Assembly: GCA_001949185.1 (NCBI GenBank)
Contig: BDGG01000019.1
Location: 99,690 to 163,689 of the forward strand
Direction: 5' to 3'
Length of the DNA: 64,000 nt
DNA from: Ramazzottius varieornatus
Lineage: Eukaryota > Animalia > Tardigrada
The translations under genes and the position numbers were made by a program. Shown here one piece after another: positions 24,937 to 39,141 of this stretch (position 1 is the stretch's first letter; every line of letters begins with the position of its first letter). The notes under the pieces were generated by a model. It saw nothing but the letters and a program-made list of their open reading frames with translations. It was not told the origin of the DNA and did not search any database.

Positions 24937-26772
24937 TCAGTGACTGTGATTTACCGTCAAAAAGAGAGGCAGAAAGGCACCGGCCATGATAGCCAACAAA
25001 TGAAGACCTCGCAGTCCACCACCACGGTCCCCTGCGCCAGTCGAAGGACTGAATTTCTCCAAGTCCGTCGAGTGGCTTGGGACAGGTGGGTACGAACTCG
25101 CACTCGACATCGATGCATGCGGCACGCGGTGGGATATCTCTGGAAGAACGTGCACAGCGGCCACATACAGAAAAGTACCACCGCTGAAGAGAAGAACCAG
25201 TCCACTGGCTCGATCTGATGGCGCCACCCCATCACTTCCCTGTGGAAAAACAGATGAAAATATCAGTCAGAACAATGTTAACAGTGAAAATACACCTAGG
25301 CAAACAACGCGGCAAGATCGCTTTTTTCAAGTGGCGCACGATTCTAGCCAACTAGGCTGGTAATTTGCGTCACTCGGAAGCCATCTTGTGAAGTTTGTTC
25401 GTCGAGCGCCCAAATTGTCACGTCAGCGTTTTCGTACCATTTGGATTAAGAAATATGTCATCAAAGCTCCGATAGGAGCTGCTAAGGAGAATATCAAGAG
25501 ATGCCTCCTTATTCTAACTTTGTCCATTCCTTCGTGAAGAAGAAACGTTACAAGGCCGAAAGCTGTCGGTGCCTGCAAAAAACAAAACTCGTATTTGATC
25601 GTCCGACCGCCGTTTGATGCATGGAAAGACCACAAATCGAAACCTTATGAAGCATAATGGCGAAGAAGACTAGCATCTCCATTTCGAGGTGCTTGGTCAT
25701 GGCACTGGCTCCCAAAGCGATGCCATCAGCCGCCGCATGGACGACCAAGCCCAGCGTGGCTGTAACGTTATTCCTCTGCATTCCTGAAAGATCAAAGCGT
25801 TCCACGTTGAGCAAACTTCACGTGCCTCGTGAAGATTATGGTCAAGTATGCGAAGTATACGAAAGCCTGGACAACGGAGGAAAATTGCACGTACCACCGC
25901 TGAGCCTGGAGCTGACTTGATCCACCAGCAGCATGAAGATGAAACCCGTGATCAAAGCTGCTCCTACTCCGCTTCCAGCTTCTTTCTTCTCATGTTTGCC
26001 ATCCTTTTCCTCGTCTTCGTCCTTATGAGGCACAGCCAAATTCTTGGCGGTGTCGTCAATGTTCTTGGACGGTGCGGGTGGGGCTTGCGGAGGGGCTCCT
26101 GCTGCTGTTGGGCTCTTCACATTAGCTACGAAAAGAGAACAACAGTGTACATTCAAACTGAGGTAGGTATAGAAAGCTCTACTCGGAAACTTCAACAGTC
26201 AGCACTCACCAACAAGCGGGGCAGGCGCATCGGCCAGTGAAGGCTGATCGAAGGGATGGTCCTGCTGCTGGTGTTTACCAGCGGACTCTGACGAATGCGA
26301 CCTTGAGTACACAGTTTCAACTCCTTCTGGTATTATGACTACCAGCGCTGCTCCGATAAGGAGTCCAGCTCCCAGAGCGGTCATGAACTGAAGTTTTTCC
26401 TGTAGAAAGACCAGAAAAGAAACCTTTGCAAGCTAGCATGAGCTGAGCAACCGCAAAAACAAACATGAACTCCCCAAAAAAGCCGCCCATGACGTCAACA
26501 CGAACCACCCACTATCTATTGCGTAGTACGCGAGTTAAACTGGCCTATGTTATATTTTGACGTAAAAATTGTGCGCAGTATCGAATTAGTACTTTACAGT
26601 TGACACCTGCCGATGCGCTCCCAGCACAGAGCGACAGCCATGGCAGAAAACTTTCCTATCATATGGTGGGGCTCACCTCAGACATATTCACGAGCAGAGG
26701 AAGAATTCCTGCAAGAAAAGAACAAACGAGCATGGCCAGTGCCAACAAGAAGAGCAGGAGCAGATCGTCCAT
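24937..26772 (-). CDS. SLC39A9: ZIP-family zinc transporter, ZIP9-like
   Basis: [79 protein letters not shown]. Confidence 0.92.
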
Positions 26773-29669
26773 GACTGGCTCCGGAGAAAACGATCGTTAT
26801 GTGCGATCTATCCCACGGACGAATAAGTCCCTACGTGCAACGTTACTTCCGTTGACGCCTCCGGTTCTGCTCGGCGAGAAAAGATGATTTAAGTGTAAGA
26901 TGTCCCGCTATGGCCAGCATGTCCAAGCTGATGCCACGTGCACTTGCGTTGTTGTCCATCTCCAGACTGCAAGTGACATTTGGCTACAGTCTTCCGTCCA
27001 TCAGAAGTCCTTTTCCAAGCAGTAGAATAAATTCCCAATTACGTCAAGTCAAAACTTAGTCAAGAAGACCTTTACCACAGTCTTTCCTGCAGGAGAATAA
27101 AACGGGGAAAAAACTGTCCGGAAACCTGGAAAAATCAAAATACTGAATACCGATATAGGCTGATAAAAGTTGATTGAAAACGAAGTTAGCTGTTGATTGG
27201 TTGTACTGCCAGCCCGAATCGAGGTCCCTTTTGTACTTTCGTTTTTCTAGGGTTCTTCGGGGTTGGTGGAACCAAGCTCCGAATAACCGTCTGTTTTTGT
27301 TCCCAGGTGAGTAGTTAGCTACAATTTGATCACACGGTCGCACAAGTAGAAGGGTACATTGTCCTTTAGTCTGTCAAACGTCTCTAACAACAGCCGTACT
27401 CGAACAAAAGACATCTTGAAATCAACAGTTGTTCGTGCAAACGGCAAATCCGGGAGTAAAATGCAGAAACATAAAAAACAGGGGTGGACAAAACTCTAAT
27501 CTTAAATGTCTAACTGAAAAGACATTTGGTCCAGCGAAAGATCTCAGAAAGTTGGAAACAAATCGAAGGAATCCTGCACTGTCTGTACAAGGAAATGAAA
27601 GCTCGTTTTGGTTAGCAAGAAAGGTTAGTCATGGAAAGTCGGAACCATATTTCGTAATGTGCCAGGGAATATCCGGGTTAAGACGGCCGGTAATTACGGT
27701 AAGTGTTCCGGTAGGGAAATCGAGAGTGTCCGGTAAAAGTTGAAGCCGTATATACATCTGGTTAAAAGAGAAAGCCTTGATGATCATGATTGCCTTGATG
27801 AGATCATAATTACAGTCCTACCTGTGAGATGCGACAATTGCTTCTTCTGCAACCGAACAGCGTTTCTGCACGAGACTGCTGGCCATGCACTGCGCAGCAC
27901 GATCAGCTGATCGACGTCCGGTTATGGCTCAACTTGATCAAATAATCAAGCGCGTGTAGGATCAGCTGATTGGTCTCATGCGAACGGCATAGCGAGCAGC
28001 CCCGTGGACACATGTACTGTCCGCAACTGAAAGCGGGCGTTTGAACTGTCACATCTCACAGGTAGGACTGTATGTACATGCTGTTCTTTCTTCAAGAGGT
28101 CTACTGTCCACGTGAGCTTTCGATTTCCGCACTTACATGTGAGGTTGACGATCCCTTCCCTCATTTGCCAAAGAAGTCGCTGTAATCCGGTCGAACTACA
28201 TCAGCTGCACTTCCTCCACGTCAGGCTTCCGAAAGGTTTCACGGACACGAGTCCAGTTCAACCACCTGGGGAGTCTTCGGCGTCGAAAGATGGCCAACCA
28301 GCGTCTGCCGATAAATGGGCAACATTTGCACGCTCCAGCCGCCGACTTGATGCTTGTCAGACTGGAACCCCGAGAGACTGGGATAGCGACATCTCTGGAA
28401 GTCCCGGTTTCCTCCATTTGACCAGCCACTTTTGGTTGCGACGAGTTTCGGTTCTTCGGGGTGGGACGATGAAAGTACTCCCCCATCCCTATAATTGTTG
28501 AACAGATAGACCATACCGAAATTTTTCTGTGCGCAGGCACAAATATAGACAACTCAACACACCCGACTTGAGAGGAGGATAGGCAGGCATCTTGGAAGAT
28601 AGAATTGATTGGCCAACAACGACAAGTCCACAGAACCCACGCACCCTCGAAAATCCTGGATACTGCCCACAGGACTTCTGACGGTATACGGATCCCGCTT
28701 ACCAGTCGTCACTCTTGGAAAAAGGATCGGAAGATGTAGGGAATGCGGATAGACAGGCGCACCATCTCCTCGATAAACCAAGCTCCCTGATCGGTACGTG
28801 TGGCTTCCGGAACCCGGAGTTCTTCCAGTGAAAAGTCCTTGTAGACTGGATTGGAATGGAAAGCGAACTTCTATGATGCGTGAAGTCATTCACGCATTAA
28901 GACTTATATGCCTTTTAACACAATCTTCGAAGGCTCCATTTCATGCGATTTGGGAGGTTCTGACTTCGCGGGTTGGCTGCGTGCAACGCAAACCTGCTGG
29001 AGCCGACGCTGATTCACTGCTGTAACAGTCACCCTTCACAAAATCGCGTCGATCACGACCTTCATTTGATCCATGATTGTAAATTACATACATTACATAA
29101 TTAAGCAGAGAATAGTACAGCGTTTGAGACCATGAACACTGGAGAATGACCACGTGCATTACGGAATGTCAGGTAACTTCCCCACCATTTACACAAACTT
29201 GTCTATCTTCAGCGCCTTTCTAGGATCTCCAAAAATATGATGGTGAAGAATCTCGGTCTCTGTGTACAACTGGCCAACTTTAAGACCTTCGAGCTCCTCA
29301 GAAAAATGGATATCTTCCCTAATGCTAGCAACTTTGTAATTTCCACTGTGAGTCTTCTTGGTGTGTTCTTCTATGCAGTTGTTCCGCAAGTTGCTTTTCC
29401 TATCTGATAAGGATGTACCAACAGTAAGAAACTCTGAGAGGCAAATTTAATTCGCACGCGGAAATTTGTCACATGAAACGTACAAAATGTACGTTTCTGC
29501 CAACCGAACAAAGCATCTCGGTGTCAAGTATCAGCCTCGAACCGTAATCCGCCAAAGAAAGTAACAGGCAAAGGACATCAAATGTGGTGAAAGGGAAGCG
29601 GAAGATAACACGGAGATATATGTTTAAGAACAGTTAGTAGTACAATGCGAGTAAACTAGAAAAACTAAG

Positions 29670-30569
29670 TTATTTGATGGAGTCCAAGACTCGGGCGAGG
29701 TCTCCATTGTAGTTGTTGAGCAGACGGCGCAACAGGTCGCCTTCGTTGTTGAAGCCCATTTCGGCCATAGCCTTGAGGGCGGTCTCAATCCTCTGATCTG
29801 TAAACAGCAAACTGATGGTCACAAGCGTAGGAAGACGATGTTGGCACTCGAAAAAAGCCAAAGAGCGATAGTTACCCTTCAAGTCGGCTTCGGTCGGAGC
29901 AGCGTTGGTGGCGCCCGTTGTCGGAGACGGAGTAGTCTTGTCGAGCGAAGCTCGGCGTACCTTGGTGGTATCCGCGACGGGCTCAGCTTGCAGATGCGTC
30001 CATTCTTGTTCCTTGTCGGGTTTGACGGACTCGGCGACACTATCAGCCCGCTCTCGCTGGACGGAAGCTGTCCCCGTGCTGCTGCTCTCAGTAGGCGCGT
30101 GCGACGAGCTGTCCACGTTCTCCTTCTTGTCGGCTTGCTCTTCCGCCTTCANNNNNNNNNNNNNNNNNNNNNNNNNNNNNNNNNNNNNNNNNNNNNNNNN
30201 NTCTTCACACAGATCATAGTCGGCACATTGCAGACACTTGTAGCGAGTTCCGGCAACGTCGCCTCCACATCCATCACAAGCGACGCATTGGTGGACCTTC
30301 TTCTCGCTGCAAGTGGGCTTCTTGACGGCGCGAACAAAGATGCGAAGAGGAGCGTTGGTCTTCATGCTTTGACGAGCCGCTTGCAACTCATCGTCCGATC
30401 CGAGGACGACCATATCGTTGTCCGAGTCTCGCCAGAACATCTTGAAGGTGTCGTTTCCCAGCAGTTCTTGGACGCGTTGCCTCAAAGCGGCGTAGTTGGC
30501 GGCAGTGTCGAGGTTGAAGCGACGAATTTCCTGGTCGGCGTCGACAAAAAGCTTGACTTGGAAGGCCAT
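29670..30569 (-). CDS. SQSTM1: Sequestosome-1/p62 (Ref(2)P-like); an N gap hides part of the ZZ region
   Basis: PB1 (EIRRF...WRDSDNDMVVLGSDDEL), ZZ finger (HQCVACDGC...RYKCLQCADYDLCE), LIR EWTHL, UBA (MAEMGFNNEGDLLRRLL...GDLARVLDSI). Confidence 0.92.
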   Translation of the reverse strand: MAFQVKLFVDADQEIRRFNLDTAANYAALRQRVQELLGNDTFKMFWRDSDNDMVVLGSDDELQAARQSMKTNAPLRIFVRAVKKPTCSEKKVHQCVACDGCGGDVAGTRYKCLQCADYDLCEXXXXXXXXXXXXXXXXXXKAEEQADKKENVDSSSHAPTESSSTGTASVQRERADSVAESVKPDKEQEWTHLQAEPVADTTKVRRASLDKTTPSPTTGATNAAPTEADLKGNYRSLAFFECQHRLPTLVTISLLFTDQRIETALKAMAEMGFNNEGDLLRRLLNNYNGDLARVLDSIK

Positions 30570-30961
30570 TTTGCCTGTAGAAAATCGGCTGGATGAGAAA
30601 GACAATTTCTGTGACGAGGCAGTTGAATTTCGAAGGCTCGATGAGACTGCAAAAGAACAAGTTGGTGATGTGCTCTGATCATTCAGACAGTTTATATACG
30701 AACCTGATGCTGCGGGTTATCTGTGTCGGAGGCAGTCCCGTTCGTTCAAGGAACGATCGATGAATCATGCTGACTCGACGGTTCTTCGTACAACTCGGCG
30801 TGGTTTCGCACTCGGCGACCCAATGCCATGTCGAAGAAGCTCTTTCCGCTTTTCGGTATGGTCAAGCCTTCCATCGTGATACAGCACAATCGATGAGATC
30901 ATCGCATATTGAACCCACTGTACGTGGCTTGATGTAGCTTCCGGATCTTCGTGAGGGCTCA

Positions 30962-30976
30962 GGAACCTTCGAGAAT
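30962..30976. promoter_or_regulatory. Candidate heat-shock element upstream of p62
   Basis: gGAAccTTCgaGAAt is a perfect three-unit nGAAn inverted array, ~270 bp upstream of a minus-strand TATA-like box at ~30691-30698. Confidence 0.4.
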
Positions 30977-31502
30977 GCTGTGGAACAAAATTTATACGTT
31001 AACCAACATCATCGTTACACGCTGCTTGTACTGTATTTTTCTGGTTGAGAAGCGATGATCAGGAAGCACGCAGTACAGCAAAGTATAGTGCGTGGAATCT
31101 GCGTGAGTTTACAAGGTTCTCGACGAACTCGATTGACAATTCGAGCTAGAGAACCTCACGAGCCAGCAAGATGAGAAATGACCATCCGCAGCTGCCGTCT
31201 TCATGTGAGTTCTCGTTGCCCCGAACAGGCGAGACAGTTTATACGAAGTCTTCCGGAAACTTTGTCCCAAATAGGCTTCTTTTACTCCTTAAAATCTCAA
31301 ACTGAATGGTTCGCCAATGTTTGCCGGTTTTTAGTTCGTCGGGGATTATTCAAGTCGTGTGATATCAGGTCGGCGTGTTCCGCAACTAAGAAGTTCTACT
31401 GTATACATAAAAGTTTGGTAAGATAACGTAAGGTCATGTTGATCCATAGTAAGCAAAAAAGGTAGTTGAACAGTTTTGGGTACGAAATTCACGAGGAAAG
31501 AG

Positions 31503-32188
31503 TCACGCAGATCCAACAGCGGACATTTCTTCGATCGTCATGTCCGGAGCGTCGACACCGCGCACGACAATTTTATGCAGCTTCTTGTATTCCTGCAACT
31601 CTTTGGTCTTAGATTCCAGCTGTTCCCTCATCGTCACGAGCATATTTGAAATCTATAAACAAAAGCAGAACACAGATATCAGGGAAGATTACCGGATGGA
31701 AAAATCAACAGCAATCAGTGCCTATTCATAGATACTGACAGCCTGAAATGAGACACGTATGACGTCATGGTGAAGAAAAGAGACATGTGTACGTCACAGC
31801 GATACGGTACAAATCGATGTGACGTCATTGGTGCGCTCTTGTACTAACCTGTGTTTTGGTATCTGAAATGGCAGGAATAAACTCGGCGACCGTTCTTTCC
31901 ACAAGGACACCGCCAACTCTTCGAAAACATTTCCTTTCGGGCTCCAGCTTCTCCATCATTTGTAAAACTAACCTGCAAGGGGAAGATACGGTTACAGATT
32001 CCGAGATTCAGCTTCTATGAATAAAAATTGTGCCAGCCGAGCAAAGTTACTCACGTGTGTTCACTCAGGTCTGCTTCTAGCTCAGCTAATTTGTCCGACA
32101 ATGAGCCCTGTTCTTGCCGTAGTCGACTGAAGATACTGACAATCTGCTCGGTATCCTTCTTGGTGTTGTCGCCGCTTCCTTCCGCCAT
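31503..32188 (-). CDS. PFDN2: Prefoldin subunit 2 (3 exons)
   Basis: MAEGSGD...FSRLRQEQ...LAELEADLSEH / LEPERKCFRRVGGVLVERTVAEFIPAI / coiled-coil C-terminal exon. Confidence 0.9.
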
Positions 32189-33191
32189 CTCCGGCTGAAG
32201 CTTCCCGCTAACCGAACAACCCACTCACAGTTGGCCACGAACTGCGACGCTTCCTTCGCCCTGGTCGACCAGTCCCTTATGATCGCAGCAACTAGAACAA
32301 GTTCAGAGGGAAGGCTAAATCGTCAAACCGCAAGGAGACGAGTTGGCTCAGTTCAAAACTTCAAGTTGAGTAAGATAAGATCCAGAATTTTCATCCGGAC
32401 CTTTATGGGCAGTCAATCAACTACAGACTGGCCGGTCAATCAGCTCGCAGTGGCAACACTACAGGTTGCTCACCAGAAGCGTTCTGTTGGCCCGTCTGTT
32501 TCCCTTATGTTTCAGTCTTTCATGTGTTTCATCCCATTTTGCCATCATCCCAAAAATAGCTCTCCCTCATCCTCTGTCAGCTAAATCATATAGGCTGCGT
32601 TGGCTATCTTTCGGAGCGTTTTCGTTGATCGGCGCGCTCGACCTTTCGCAGTATCTAGCGCTTCTTTTAGACAAGTGAGTATTTTTGGGTTATAAATTAC
32701 GGTCCATTACCAAATCAGATTGCAATTTCTTCTCGTTTTTCAGGTTCCATGATTTGCGTACGAGCTGCGTTGATCCTCGCGATCTTAAGTTGAAGCAGCG
32801 TGCGTATGAAGGACGGCTGTTTGCAGCGTGAGCGACGGATGACAGGAAAGCCATATGGGACTAACGGGAGCAATAAAAATCGATGATTTCTGTGAAATCA
32901 ATCTCGATCAGCCTTAGTGGCGTATACGCATGTACAGATCGAGAGAAGGGACTTTAATGTCATTTTCTAATGTTATCACCTCCGCTTCGGCGAGACCATG
33001 CATCGACGTCAGCCAGGCACTTAGTAGCATGCATGCACTAAAGGAGGTCTATATTGGGACAGGTGCAATGTGATCACGGCACAAGCGCAGCTTCAAGAGC
33101 TCTTCCTGTAAAAACCGCAGAGCATTTATCCTTTTTCCTCGTTTCTTCTTCGTTCTCTTCTCTTGTGTCGGAGTTGTTAGTGTGGTGAGAG

Positions 33192-36100
33192 ATGGCGAGT
33201 GAGAAGGACACCGTGGAACGGTACTTGAGCAAGCACCCGGAATATCTACAGGAATATATCACCAAAAATTTGCCCGTCAGTAGCCAGATCGACTTGGCTC
33301 ATCAGATATTGGCCTTGACGGACAAGAGCGAGAATCTGGGGGGAAGTCAGTTTCTGAGGCCGTCTACGACGACGAACCAGAGTGATACGGACAAGCTGAT
33401 TATTCCGTTATGGGAGCTGGCGTTCCAGGTTATGCAGCTGGCGGACGGCGACGGTGAGTTCTTACCTTGATCAAGTCGCGCAAGACGCCGGTTATGTGCC
33501 ACAGCAGGCGACAGTTGACAAAGACAAGATGCGCGAGTTTATCCGCGAACCGCGTAACTTCCGTGCTCGACTCAACATCCTCACAAAAGTTCTGATCTCA
33601 TCTTTTGACGTTTTTTAGGTTTTCATCTCTACCTGTCGGACTCGAACGGGGAGTTTTTGTATCTTGTCTTGCCAGATGAACGCTCTGAGTCGAGGTGGGG
33701 AATTTCTTTCTGGGAAGTGGGCTACGGTTATCCACGAAGAACTCAAAGAGGAGAAATTTAGTATGAAAATTCGATGAATGTTTTTTTGACATCTTGTGCT
33801 TTTCTTTTTAGAGATAGTAATTTGACAAATGGAGAGGCAACAGCGACGTCTTCACCGGTAGCCAAGTTTCGTATGCAGCAAATATGCGACATCAACACTG
33901 GAAAGTTTATTGCCGCGTTGGTGGCGAGGACCAATCAGATATTCCGTATGGACGATTGGCGTCTCCAAATGCTGGTTCGTAATACAACTCTGAGCTCTGA
34001 ATTGAATGGTAGTCACAGCGGTTTGTGTTGCAGGCTGACGATCCTTCGAACGTGTTGCATGTGGGATGTAATCCGGAAGAGACGGAAGCGGTATTGGTGG
34101 TGCCGGTGGTATTCAACAATAAATCACCTGGTGCGGACTACAACATGCGCTTTAGCGTCGGTCGCGGGGACTCGCCCATCTTTCCACTTTCCAAAAGCGC
34201 TCAAGTGGTCGGTGTCGTTGAGCTCTTCCGCTTCCCGGGAGGAGTTCGCGGACCATTCTCCCAGAAAGACGAAGACGTAAGAAAAACAGTTCGTTGATCG
34301 CCCCATGACATAAATCTAACAGCAGGCACGAATCTAAATCTCCTCTAAACAACATTTTAACACTTCTGACTCTCTGAATATTGGGACGTGGGCAAATGAC
34401 TGAACCAGATCGATATGTCAAGTGACCACGTTGTCGGTAGTTTTTCACTGCAAGTACGCGCCATTCGAAAAAAACGATTCTGCCAGGTTTAATCGTTTTC
34501 CAAGTGGCGCACGTTTTACAGTGATGTTGGCTGGCACGTGCGCACTTTGGAAAAACGATCTGGTTCAGCTCATTTGCCCACGTCCCGTTCTCCAGAATTC
34601 TCGAAAACTCTAACAGGTGAGGTCTCAGTACTTTTTTTATACTCGAGATATTTTGGGCTTGAGTATAGAAAAGTTTCGCCTGACAAAAAGGCTGGTTCTT
34701 TTTTTGTTTTCACCGGGGTAAAATCTGTCAGACGTTTGACAATTTCGCATGCCCCAATTTTTATAATGCCTCTTTCCATTTTGTGCATTGACGTAGAAAT
34801 AAGTGGAGGTATTCGTACATTAGACACTCTTGTTTGATGGCGGTGTTTTTTCCCTCATCATTGCAGATTGCCGTGCACTGTGTTTCGCTGGGATCAGCGG
34901 CCCTTCATGACGGCCTGGTAAGAGTGACAAGAGGTATGTTTTATCCATAGTGCCATCATTGATTTTCCCGCCTTCGACTGTTTACAGCGGCTGCAAGAGC
35001 TGAATATGCAGACGCAATTGAACAGCTACCTCCTAAACATCGTCAAGTATGAAAGAAATGAATGAATGGCATTCCCCAACCGCTCCTCCACCATGCCGTA
35101 CTTACAGACCAACATTTTGTTTCTATTGACAGATCCATCTTTCAAGATATTGTCTCAATGGACGCAGTCATTATGAAGATCATGGTAAGAACAGCCTGAA
35201 AACAAAACCGTAAAAAAGCCAGAAAAAAGAAAATACCATTTCACTTGAGATTCCTAAAGCCTCTTCCATACAAAGTACAATCCCGAGACAGGTTTGAGTG
35301 AACTTTTTCCAGTACGTACCGTATAGAAGAGAAGCATCTTTTATCAGCTCCCACACTGAAGAGAGTCGCGACTCAAGTACCTGCGTATTTCCGGTTCATA
35401 AAGATGACTGGGTCGCCGTATGCAGGTATCCAGTAGACGGTGAGATTTTCCCCCCGCTACTTCCGTGTTGCTTTTGGCATCGAGTATCCGAAGATTTTTT
35501 AAGGAAAGTGACTTCAAGATACATGTTATGCTCCACCAGATTTAGAATTTGGTTCTGTCGGGCAGCCGATTTTTTTTCGCGAGAAATCGGCTTCGAGCAT
35601 GGCTGACAGAAATGTTAGCGCATACGTACAAAGTCCACGAGCTATCTCCTTCCGGTCTTCTTTGTACAGAATCACGCACAGAGACTTGTCAACGCTGATC
35701 GAGCCTCGTTATTCCTGGTGGATTCGCGCACTCACGAGCTGTACGCGCGCATCTTCGACATTGGGACCGAAGAAGTGGCCATAGGGGAGGCCAGTGCGGC
35801 TGCGCCCAACAAAACAGCTGCACTCTCTTCAGGGCTCACTAGGCCGAATTTGTCAAAAGAGATTCGCTTTCCAATTGGCAAAGGTATCGCCGGCTCGGTG
35901 GCAGCGACTGGCGCCGTCTTGAACATCCAGAATGCCTACGAGGACGAACGCTTTAATCCCGAAGTGGATCAACGCACAGGCTATAAGACTAAATCGATCT
36001 TGTGTATGCCCATATTTATACGCGGCAGGTGAGGCCCACAACTAAAATTAATGGAGGTTTTCCATCTAGAAATGAAGAAAGTTTATTGATTCGTCCCTTT

Positions 36101-38499
36101 TACAACAACATAAGCCCGCGATCACCTAAGCTGCTGTTTTCCTTCGTAGTGTGATAGGCGTCGTCCAGATGGTCAACAAGCAGATGGGAGCGTTCACGAA
36201 AGCCGACGAGGAAGCGTTCGAAACTTTCGCCATTTATTGCGGTCTAGCGCTGCATCATGCCAAGGTTAGTCCAGTATTAGTAAGATGAACATACCAGGTT
36301 TGAGTTGTCAAAGCAAAAAATGGAAGGAATGAGGACTCGAACCTTGGCTTCTGTTCCAGAACTAGAGTCATGTATACTCGCGTATTACGTAATCGCGGTT
36401 GAGTGCTTCCATGGCTTTATGCGTATTACAGTGTGCCATGCTATGACGTATGCGCGACATGAGAGTGTAATTTCCGTTTTGTGTACGAGTATGGTTTCTT
36501 GATGGGCGGCCGCTTTTTACGTTTGATGTGGTCTTATCGAGTTTTGTTTTGCGTAGTTATACGACAAGATTCGACGCTCGGAGCAAAAGTACAAAGTGGC
36601 ACTGGACGTGCTTGCCTACCATTCGACGTGCACGGAGGACGAGTTCAACATGCTCAAGTCAGCCACTCTCCCTGATGAGATACCCGATATAGATCGCTTT
36701 GAGTTTTCCCCCTGGAAATTAACCGAGTTCCAGAAGCCCCTGTGCGTGATCTACATGTTTCGCGACTTGTTCGGCCTGACGCGCTTCGACCTTGATACTC
36801 TCATCAAGTTCAGCTTGACAGTCCGCAAGAACTACCGCAAAGTCCCTTATCACAACTACACTCACGGTACATACCCCCCGTATTCTGACAATCTAGCCGT
36901 CAAAAATATTTATCTCCTGTTCATCGCTTCAGTATTTTCGTTACAGGATTTTCCGTTGCCAATTCGATGTATGTCACGTTGAAAGCCAATGCTCACGTTT
37001 TCAAGCCGCTGGAGGTAAAAATCATTCATGTTGAGAAAACAAAAACCACTCAAAAAATTCAGAAGGAAAAATAAGAGGAAACGTTGAAGCTCAGAAATTC
37101 GGGATCTCGACGAATAAACTCCACAATATCGTTTTCCGAAGTGGCGCATTTTTACGGTTTTATTGACTTGATGGTGCGTCACTTGGAGAAACGAGGCGCA
37201 CTTTCAGTGTCATCGGCTGAGAGCGTCCGCACTTGGGAAACAACGATATTGTCGAGTCGCTCCGCCGAACTTCTGTCTGTCGAGGATCGAGAAACAACTG
37301 CTCTTTTTGTAGGCGCTAGCGCTGTACGTTGCCGCCCTTTGTCACGATCTCGACCACAGAGGCAAGAACAACCAGTTCATGGTCAAATTTTCATCTCCGC
37401 TGGCTGCCATCTACACCACCTCCACCATGGAGCACCACCATTTCAACCAGACCGTCGCCATTCTGCAACAAGAAGGCCACAACATCTTCCGCTCGCTCAC
37501 GCCCCAAGAGTACCGGGAAGTACTGGGGAACATCAAGCACTGCATTTTGGCCACTGACTTGGCGCTGTTCTTTCCCAACAAGAACACGGTCAAGGGAATA
37601 CTGGAGCGGAACGAGTTCGACTGGAAAAACCCGGAACATCGAATGAAGCTTCAAGCCATCGTCATGACGGGATGTGACCTGTCAGCGGCCACGAAACCAT
37701 GGGAGATACAACAGCAGACGGTCAAAACCATCATGGAAGAATTTTACGAGCAGGTAAAAACAAGAAATATTGCCGAGAAAAGTGGACTGCGCTGCTGGAA
37801 CGTATCGTTCGTAAACGTTCGCACCGCAGTATTGTAGTCGTTGGTAGCTTCGCGAAGAAAGAATCGAACCTTTTTTTCTCCAGGGTGATCAGGAGCGAGT
37901 GAGAGGTGCAGAGCCTATACCGATGCTCGACCGCAAAAGGGCAAACGAGCTTCCGGCGAACCAGGTACGTGATTATGCGTTGAGCTCTTGTTTACCGCCT
38001 GAACTGCGACGCAATGAACCGATTCTGGTTACCTTGGATAGATTGGTTTCATCAACGGTATATGTTTACCGTGTTACGAATTGATGGTCAAACTTCTTCC
38101 GGGTACGCAGCCGATGTACGATGGAGCAAAGTAAGTGACGATATCCGGTCGTAAGAACAACCGGAAGCTCGGCAAACAAACTCGACCAGATCGTTTTCGA
38201 AGTGCCGCATGTCTTCAGCAGTATTGGCTGGGATCGTGCGCCACTCGTAAAACGATCTTGCCGAGTTTCCAAGTAGCGCACATTATCAGTGATATTGGCT
38301 GGGAGCTTCCGCCGCTTGAGTGAATAGTCTCATTCGAGTTTGTCTGCCAGGCTTCCAGTTGCCTGCTGGCCTTTCAACGAGAGGGAGAGATGTATATATA
38401 TTGTCGCTACACGTACGGTTTGCTTTTCGTAGGTATAATCTGGAGATGTGGCAAAAGGAGAAAGATAAGGTAGATGCAGCTGCACCTGCCAGTACGTGA
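33192..38499 (+). CDS. PDE10A: GAF-GAF cyclic nucleotide phosphodiesterase, PDE10-like
   Basis: [16 protein letters not shown]...[30 protein letters not shown]; catalytic [47 protein letters not shown]. Confidence 0.88.
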
Positions 38500-39141
38500 G
38501 CATGAATGACTACGGTAGCGGATTTTACTCGATGACTTCGGTCCAGCTCCTCTGTTTATTTGCACTTGAGTTCACGGCGGCAATTTGATGGTGTCACCCG
38601 GTTTTACTGATCTCACGATGAAATTTTTGCGTTTTGAACAGTTTACTTATTTTGTTTCAGTTGTTGGCTTTTTGCACTGAGAACCATGCTGCACATTCGG
38701 TCTAGGGAATTGTGGTTACTATTCTGCCCTATCTTGCTAATTTTAAAGTCATTACGTGATTTTTCGCACACGTTTTCCTTTCTCTGTTTATTTCAACTGG
38801 AACTAACAGTTGAAGATATTTTCGTGGTCAGGAGAACGTCAGACCTTTCGAATCAAAGCTAACCTAAGGTAAAACTGAAATGGGACTCATGGGAGTTAGC
38901 ATATGAATAGAACAAGATCGACCTCCGATCGATCTAAGAGAAGTGGCGCACACGTTCAGCCAATAACAACGGAACCGTGCGCCACTCTCGATAACGACCT
39001 GGCTCAATTCATTTGCCCAGCTTCCAGTCAGGACCTCACAAGAAAATCCACTACGTACGTGCAAAAATAGCACTAAACCACACTCTGCCTGCGTTAAAGA
39101 GTTTGAATAGAATAAGCTCAAAACGGTTGAAAAACTAATCT

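Noticed and set aside
30152-30201. Apparently short p62 lacking the second half of the ZZ finger
   Set aside because: The missing part coincides with a 50-N assembly gap of unknown true size.
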